Origin: an uncultured Methanosarcinales archaeon | GTDB lineage: Archaea; Nanobdellota; Nanobdellia; Woesearchaeales; ARS49 | Direction: 5' to 3' | Length of the DNA: 64,000 nucleotides | Assembly: GCA_964550175.1 (NCBI GenBank) | Contig: CAZJXP010000001.1 | Location: 706,774 to 770,773, forward strand | In this document: piece by piece, positions 57,419 to 64,000 of the stretch | Layout of the letters: each line of letters opens with the position of its first letter | Numbering within the stretch: the stretch's first letter is position 1 | Made by a program: the position numbers and the translations under genes | The notes under the pieces: model-generated | The model's database searches: none | What the model was told of the DNA's origin: nothing | What the model saw: only the letters and a program-made list of their open reading frames with translations

Positions 57419-57976
57419 ATGAAAACATACTCCGAACTCAAAGAAGACAGCCTGCCCACGATTAAAGAGTACACTCCTGAATTGCTGGTTTCTCGCATTC
57501 AGGACGCCGTTGCTTCGCATCCTGAACAGCCTCGTTTGGCAATGCTGGCGGACATCGACGCCTTCAAGTGCTATTTCGACGAATACGGCCCTGAACAGCG
57601 ACTTATCGTGCTCGGCAACGTCAATGACTATTTCAGTCATTTGAAGAAAAAACACGAAATTTCATTAATTGACCGCATGAAGATCGACCAATTTTTCCTG
57701 CTCGCGCCGATGAAAGACGGGCTGGCAGAGCGAATCCGACAGGACATCGACCAAATGCGCTTTCCGAAGCACGATCTGAACTCGACAGAGGTCCCGCTTG
57801 AGGACGGAAGAACAATATCGCCGAACCACGTGACGGTCCACATCGGCCAGATCGGATTCATCCCGAACCAGTCGCTCGACTACAGAACGATGCTCTTCCG
57901 ATTACATGAGCTCACGCGTGGCATCGGCGCGGACAAGACGCTTAGAAAAGACTGGAACGAGTATTCAGTGCTTTAA
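57419..57976 (+). CDS. degenerate GGDEF-like domain protein
   Basis: 'MLADIDAFKCYFDEYGPEQRL' and 'VTVHIGQIG' are conserved, but the GGDEF motif is replaced by 'DRMKIDQFFLL'. Confidence 0.5.
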   Translation: MKTYSELKEDSLPTIKEYTPELLVSRIQDAVASHPEQPRLAMLADIDAFKCYFDEYGPEQRLIVLGNVNDYFSHLKKKHEISLIDRMKIDQFFLLAPMKDGLAERIRQDIDQMRFPKHDLNSTEVPLEDGRTISPNHVTVHIGQIGFIPNQSLDYRTMLFRLHELTRGIGADKTLRKDWNEYSVL

Positions 57977-59481
57977 TTGTGCTCTCCCGTCTGCTTCTTC
58001 ACGTTTAACGCGACGGCTTTTCCGAGAATGTCGGTGAGCTTTTCAATGGATGCTTTTCTGACGTCGCCCAAATCCTTGATGCCTGATTTGAACATTGTCC
58101 TTGCGCGGATGCGACCGATGCCTTCGAGCTTCAAAAGCGGCAACAATTCTTCCTTCGCGCCGTACTTCAATCTTGTTCGCGCGCGGTTTATCTCTTTGAT
58201 AATGGGGTTGAGGCCGAGGATGTTCGCCAGTTCCTTCATGCCGTACAGCAGCCAGTCCGCGTTGTCCTTCTTGACGTGCAGCTCGCCGGGACGCACATTG
58301 AACTGATCCAGGAGCGCCTGCTCGTCATCCTCCTCCATCCAGGCATTGAGCATCATCGTCGTCTTCACGGCGTTGAGGTAATCGTCGTATTCGGCCTCGA
58401 ACGCGCTCGGCTCGTCGACAAGCAGTTCAGGCTGCCATTCGACTAACTTAGCCTGCACTGGAGCGTAGTCTTTCGTTCCCACGTTGAGCAACGGCCGCAT
58501 CTCGAGCGTCGTGCACAACGTATGGATGAACGCAATCACATTCGTTGTTTTAGCCTTGATTGCCTTTCTCAATGCGGTTACGAGCTCGTGCGCGGTCAAC
58601 GGGTCGAGATACAGTTCAGCGACGCGCTTACCCAACACGGTTGCGTTGAACGCGACGTCTTTTTCCAGCTCGTCCGCCGAGACGAAATCGTCTGCTTTCT
58701 TTGACGGCAGGATGAATTCCCATTCTTCCAGCATCGCGAGCATGCGGTCAATGATGTGCTCGAGCTTTTCTAAATCTTTGAATTGGAATGCCCAGAACGT
58801 CTTGCTGAAGAACGTCATCAATTCTTTTCTTGTATGCACGAATCGTGACGCGATGAGCGAGAGAATGTAGGTTCTTAACACGGGCTCGACCGCGAGCTTC
58901 GAGTAGATGTCTTCCGGCACGCCGTTGATGTAGCGCACGGTAAGCTCGTCCTTGTCGAATTGCGAGCTCGCGACGCAGATGGCCTCGCCGACATTTTCGA
59001 ACTTCGGACGGCCGGCGCGGCCAGCAATCTGCAGATATTCCAGCACGGGAATGAACCCCATCCCGCGCTGGCTGTAGCGTTTCAGGTCTCGGATGATGCA
59101 GCGAAACGCCGGAAGGTCGACGCCCATTGCCAACGTCGGCGTGCATGCGATGAAGCTTATCGTCCCGTTGCGGAAGTTGTCCTCGATGAGCGTCTTTTGC
59201 GTGCCATGCAAGCCTGCGTGGTGGAACGCGACGCCTTGTTCGACGCAACGGGCGAGGCGCTCGCATTGGACTGTTGGTCGAGGGAGAGCGTGGAGCAATT
59301 TTTCCGAAAGCTCTTTCAGCGCGGGTGAGGAATGCTTGATTTTTTTCCCGATGTCCTCAGCGACCTTTTCGGCGCTGCGCTTGGCGTTGACGAACACCAA
59401 TGCCTGCTTCTTTTTTTCCAGCGTGTCGAGACAGAGATTGATGACACCATCAGACGTCTTTTCAGGGATTTTAACTAACAT
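57973..59481 (-). CDS. Hel308/Ski2-like helicase lacking the N-terminal RecA1 (DEAH) domain
   Basis: Motifs IV-VI present ('LVFVNAKR', 'TPTLAMGVDLPA', 'QIAGRAGRP') + WH + ratchet + HLH. Walker A/DEAH absent. Only 53 bp of AT-rich DNA upstream. Confidence 0.75.
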   Translation of the reverse strand: MLVKIPEKTSDGVINLCLDTLEKKKQALVFVNAKRSAEKVAEDIGKKIKHSSPALKELSEKLLHALPRPTVQCERLARCVEQGVAFHHAGLHGTQKTLIEDNFRNGTISFIACTPTLAMGVDLPAFRCIIRDLKRYSQRGMGFIPVLEYLQIAGRAGRPKFENVGEAICVASSQFDKDELTVRYINGVPEDIYSKLAVEPVLRTYILSLIASRFVHTRKELMTFFSKTFWAFQFKDLEKLEHIIDRMLAMLEEWEFILPSKKADDFVSADELEKDVAFNATVLGKRVAELYLDPLTAHELVTALRKAIKAKTTNVIAFIHTLCTTLEMRPLLNVGTKDYAPVQAKLVEWQPELLVDEPSAFEAEYDDYLNAVKTTMMLNAWMEEDDEQALLDQFNVRPGELHVKKDNADWLLYGMKELANILGLNPIIKEINRARTRLKYGAKEELLPLLKLEGIGRIRARTMFKSGIKDLGDVRKASIEKLTDILGKAVALNVKKQTGEHN

Positions 59482-59534
59482 AATGAAATAAGAAAAGAAG
59501 AGATATAAGAATTATGCCCAATTTGGGAGGGTAA

Positions 59535-59936
59535 TCATGCGCAGCTTTTGGTGCAGTCGCGCTTGCATTCGCTTCGGAAGACGATTTCGCATTCTTTCGT
59601 GGCTTCCGTGTTGCACGAGGCTTTGCAGCCTTCCGGTCGAAGGAAGGTTCCGCAGTTCTCCACGCAATCATAATAGTTCGTGCCTTGGCCGCAGACTTTG
59701 TTTGAGTTCATTGCGCAGGCATCGGTGCAGTCAGGAACGCACGTTTCAGAGGTGATTGGGGTTTCAGAAGCCGACGGAGTTGTGGGCGTTGGAGTCGTGA
59801 CTAGGGGGGTTTCTGGCGCGGGAGCAGTCGGAGTCTCAGGGGGAACCGTCATCGGCGTTTCGACAACGGGCGGAGTTGTTGGCTGGCAGGCTGCCAAAAT
59901 AATTGAAAGCAGTCCGACAATCAGGATTTTTTTCAT
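59535..59936 (-). CDS. Cys-rich lipoprotein
   Basis: Lipobox 'ILAAC'; Pro/Thr linker; 16 Cys in the C-terminal 70 aa. Confidence 0.55.
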   Translation of the reverse strand: MKKILIVGLLSIILAACQPTTPPVVETPMTVPPETPTAPAPETPLVTTPTPTTPSASETPITSETCVPDCTDACAMNSNKVCGQGTNYYDCVENCGTFLRPEGCKASCNTEATKECEIVFRSECKRDCTKSCA

Positions 59937-59945
59937 ACATTCACC

Positions 59946-60872
59946 TCAACAGGTCACGGCGCAGGCGGCTTTACAGGCCACCAAATCATCGCTGCACGTT
60001 GATGTGCAGCGTGGAACAAGATAGTCTTGGCATTCATCGATCGTGCCTTCTTGGCAGCCGTCGCGGCAGTATACCGGGTGCATGAACACGTTGCATGCAT
60101 CTCGGCAGAAGTCCTCATCTTCGGCTTCGCAGCCCGCGGTCACGGCGTCCTCGCAACCAGCGCCGCAATCATCATCGGCCGTGTCGCAGGCATCGGAGCA
60201 ATCGTCAATGCAGCTTTCGCGCGAGGTGTTGAGCTGCAGTACGGTGAACAGTTCGTCAGATGAACGCACAACCGTATCTGCAAGCGTTGTGAACGTGACT
60301 GTTCTGTTCATAATTTCGACTCCATCCCAGACTTCCGCCTTGAGCGACGGCGTGATGTAGGCGCTTTCACCGACAAGCCTGACGGTGCCGGGCAAAATCG
60401 TGAGCAGCACGCCCGTCGGGTGCGTTTCAACGAGCTTCAGCGTTATTGGCAACGTGATTGTGCCATAAGGAATTTCGCCGTCATATTCGACGTTATCTTT
60501 CGTCGCTTCGGCATCCAATTTGAATCGCATCTGCGTGAATTCCTGCGGCGGCATCTGGACATCGATCACCAATTGCGGGTTCTCGTTCGCGACGATGTCC
60601 ACGCTCACCTTTTCTGAGCTGAGCTTTTTCCAGCTGTCTTTTGTCTTGTCGTACAGCTCGATTTCGCCAACTTTGAGCTTGAACACGTCAAAGCCTTCAA
60701 CTGTCCCGGTCGTCGCGACGACGAACTGCGCGAGCTTTTCTTCGACTTCAACGGGCTCGGGAGTCGTGTTCGTGACGTTCGGAATCACAGGAGATTCAAC
60801 CGGGACTTTCGAGGAGCAGGCGACTAACAAGAATACGATTAACAACAACCACTTTTTTTGCATAGCATTCAA
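59946..60872 (-). CDS. Cys-rich lipoprotein (paralogous C-terminal domain)
   Basis: Lipobox 'LLVAC'; beta-rich middle; C-terminal 'CxDDCSDACD...CRDGCQEG...C' cluster. Confidence 0.55.
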   Translation of the reverse strand: MNAMQKKWLLLIVFLLVACSSKVPVESPVIPNVTNTTPEPVEVEEKLAQFVVATTGTVEGFDVFKLKVGEIELYDKTKDSWKKLSSEKVSVDIVANENPQLVIDVQMPPQEFTQMRFKLDAEATKDNVEYDGEIPYGTITLPITLKLVETHPTGVLLTILPGTVRLVGESAYITPSLKAEVWDGVEIMNRTVTFTTLADTVVRSSDELFTVLQLNTSRESCIDDCSDACDTADDDCGAGCEDAVTAGCEAEDEDFCRDACNVFMHPVYCRDGCQEGTIDECQDYLVPRCTSTCSDDLVACKAACAVTC

Positions 60873-60927
60873 CTTCTCTTTCGTTATTTAAGCTTTATGG
60901 GGATGAAGTTGGCTCGATGAAGACTGA

Positions 60928-61000
60928 CGCCCCCCGCCAGAATCGAACTGGCGACCTCGTGGTTAACAGCCACGCGCTCTAACCGCTGAGCTAGGGGGGC
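60928..61000 (-). tRNA. tRNA-Asn (anticodon GTT)
   Basis: Acceptor GCCCCCC/GGGGGGC; D stem GCTC/GAGC; anticodon stem CGTGG/CCACG with loop CTGTTAA; T arm GCCAG-TTCGATT-CTGGC. Confidence 0.85.
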
Positions 61001-61090
61001 ACTTGTTCTTGGCTTTCGAGTCGGTTTAAAAGCTTTTCTTCGTCATTTGAGGAAGTCGCTTTGCTTGTCCCATTCTACCTTTTTACGAAG

Positions 61091-61235
61091 AGGACTCGAA
61101 GTCCTCTTGTACATCCGAACCCACTGGATTCGGATTGTACCGCCCCGATTGGACGAGTTTAGGCTATGATGCTATTTACTATCGAGCCACTCACTCAAAA
61201 TCTGCCGGGGCGAAGCCAACGTGCGGGGAAGAGCA
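61091..61235. repeat. composite repeat, copy F (hairpin modules + MITE core + tail)
   Basis: 'gaggactcgaagtcctc' + 'gtacatccgaacccactggattcggattgtacc' + 'gccccgattgg...ctcactcaaaatctgccggggcgaagccaacgtgcgggg'. Confidence 0.55.
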
Positions 61236-61271
61236 GGCTAAACTCATCAAGACGCCATTCAGGAATAGTGA

Positions 61272-62440
<1,169 letters not shown>

Positions 62441-62473
62441 CTATTTTTTATAATTCAGCGCAACTTCAAACCC

Positions 62474-63643
62474 ATGCCCTTCCGCACCATCAAGGACCTC
62501 GACGTCAAGCGCAAGAAAGTGCTTGTGCGCGTTGATTTCAACGTGCCGATGAAGGACGGCAAGATAACGGACGATTCTCGCATCAAGGCATCCATTCCCA
62601 CGATTGAATACTTGAAGAAACAGAAAGCGATTGTTATCCTCATTACGCATCTCGGTCGGCCTGAGGGAGTTGATGACAAGTTCCGACTCGATCCCATCGC
62701 AATCCACTTGAGCAAACTCTTGAAGTCGCCCGTCTACAAATGCGACGACCTCATCGGCAATGATGTTGAGGAACGACTGAATACGTTGGCGTACGGCGAA
62801 GTGTGTTTGCTCGAGAATCTCAGATTTTATCCTGAGGAAGAAGCGAATGACTCAGGGTTTGCGCGAGCGCTAGCTGAACTGGGACAAGTGTACATCAACG
62901 ACGCGTTCAGCGTTTCACATCGAAGCCACGCGAGCGTGACTGGCATCACAAATTATCTTCCGAGCGCTGCCGGATTACAGCTCCAGCACGAAATAGAAAC
63001 AATGGACAAGGCATTGCACCATCCGAAAAAGCCGTTTGTCGCGATTTTGGGCGGAGCTAAAGTCTCGGACAAGATTGAGGTCATCGAACACTTGATCACC
63101 AAGGTTGATGCGTTGCTGATCGGCGGGGCGATGATGTTCACGTTCCTGAAATCGCAGAAACTCGAGATCGGGAAAAGCAAAGTGGAGCTGGATAAGGTTG
63201 TTGTCGCGAAGAAATTATTGAAATCGCGCAAGATTATCCTTCCGGTTGACTGTATAGTTGCAGATTCGCCCGACGGCAAAGGAACAGTCGTTGACGTTCG
63301 AAAGATGCCTAAAAACAAGATGGGATTGGATATCGGCCCGGAAACGGTTGCGGTGTACCAATCAATACTTTCAAAGGCTAAAACGGTTTTGTGGAACGGC
63401 CCCGTCGGCATGTTCGAGAAGAAACCGTTCGCGACAGGCACGCTTGAGCTCGGAAAGACCATTGCGAAATTGGACGCCACGACGATTTTGGGCGGAGGCG
63501 ACACGGCTGACGCGGTCAAGGGAATCAAAGGGTTCACGCACATCTCGACCGGCGGCGGAGCGTCGCTTGAATTCTTCGGTGGAAAAACACTGCCGGGTAT
63601 CAAGGCATTAGAAGATAATTTCAGGAAATTCAAGCGAGTGTAA
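62474..63643 (+). CDS. pgk: phosphoglycerate kinase
   Basis: 'VRVDFNVP', 'ILGGAKVSDKI', 'GGGDTA', 'STGGGASLE'. Confidence 0.9.
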   Translation: MPFRTIKDLDVKRKKVLVRVDFNVPMKDGKITDDSRIKASIPTIEYLKKQKAIVILITHLGRPEGVDDKFRLDPIAIHLSKLLKSPVYKCDDLIGNDVEERLNTLAYGEVCLLENLRFYPEEEANDSGFARALAELGQVYINDAFSVSHRSHASVTGITNYLPSAAGLQLQHEIETMDKALHHPKKPFVAILGGAKVSDKIEVIEHLITKVDALLIGGAMMFTFLKSQKLEIGKSKVELDKVVVAKKLLKSRKIILPVDCIVADSPDGKGTVVDVRKMPKNKMGLDIGPETVAVYQSILSKAKTVLWNGPVGMFEKKPFATGTLELGKTIAKLDATTILGGGDTADAVKGIKGFTHISTGGGASLEFFGGKTLPGIKALEDNFRKFKRV

Positions 63644-64000
63644 GCGTCAATCCTGTCTTTTCTTTGAGCTGTCGCAACAATTCTTGTTCTAGTGCTCGCC
63701 GTCGTTGCTCTTCCGCTTGTTTTGCCGCATCAATCTTGTCCTGCGCTGCTTTTAATTGGTCTCGCGACAATCGCACTCGGGTTCTCGCGTTCGCAAGCGA
63801 GTGGAACGCGGCGGAAGAATCAATCTGCTCGATAATTTTATTTTGATCAAGGACGAGCGCGCCGTAACTTCGCAGGAAGGTCCCGATGCGTTCTGAGGTC
63901 AGGCTGCTGACGATCGGTTGCAGCTCCGGCGTCGTCGGTAGAGAGTCAACTACTTGCAGAATTGCGAGCTCCCGGTCGCGCGCGAGCGTTTCGACGGGTT
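63630..64000 (-). CDS. partial CDS (C-terminal part), coiled-coil protein; N-terminus beyond window
   Basis: Minus frame is open from the window end to TGA at 63630-63632 and encodes '...RLSRDQLKAAQDKIDAAKQAEEQRRRALEQELLRQLKEK'. Overlaps the pgk 3' end by 14 nt. Confidence 0.4.
   Translation of the reverse strand, partial: PVETLARDRELAILQVVDSLPTTPELQPIVSSLTSERIGTFLRSYGALVLDQNKIIEQIDSSAAFHSLANARTRVRLSRDQLKAAQDKIDAAKQAEEQRRRALEQELLRQLKEKTGLTLTLA

Noticed and set aside
3956-61235. Possibility that the interspersed repeats are a CRISPR array or C/D-box sRNA genes
   Set aside because: Copies are tens of kb apart, not regularly spaced with unique spacers, and there are no cas genes. Box C (RUGAUGA) and D (CUGA) pairs are not conserved across copies.

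Overview
This 64 kb window reads as a gene-dense segment of an archaeal chromosome. The archaeal assignment rests on: aEF-1β with its partner Zn-ribbon protein, TFS, Dph5, Trm1, NucS, XPD, a Sec11-type signal peptidase, two tRNA-Gln with an A1:U72 pair, TATA boxes of the form 'ctttata/ctttttaaa' about 25 nt upstream of starts, and T-rich terminators. There is no rRNA, no CRISPR array and no recognisable provirus or integrase. The housekeeping backbone is: PolX, topoisomerase IA, ATP-dependent DNA ligase, FtsZ, H+-PPase, adenylate kinase, RtcA, type I GAPDH, PGK, ribosomal protein S15, and five tRNAs (Trp, Gln ×2, Arg, Asn). Interleaved with it are several unusual modules. (1) A family of short MITE-like composite repeats present in at least ten intergenic copies, often just upstream of promoters. 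(2) A translationally coupled operon of dCTP-deaminase-like, an unrecognised 571-aa protein and thymidylate kinase, next to a divergent kinase–dCMP-deaminase fusion; the unknown protein sits exactly where a thymidylate synthase is expected. (3) Bacterial-type second-messenger genes: a FecR partner plus a CHASE2 class III adenylyl cyclase, and a GGDEF-type cyclase followed by a degenerate GGDEF protein. (4) A secreted proteolysis cluster: Kazal-type inhibitor lipoprotein, MBL-fold lipoprotein and a Lon-like S16 ectoprotease. (5) A MoxR/ChlI-like AAA+ ATPase with a VWA partner. (6) A Hel308/Ski2-like helicase that lacks its N-terminal ATPase domain. (7) A free-standing LAGLIDADG endonuclease gene overlapping tRNA-Gln on the opposite strand. 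(8) Many Cys-rich secreted proteins and lipoproteins. Start coordinates of several CDSs are approximate.
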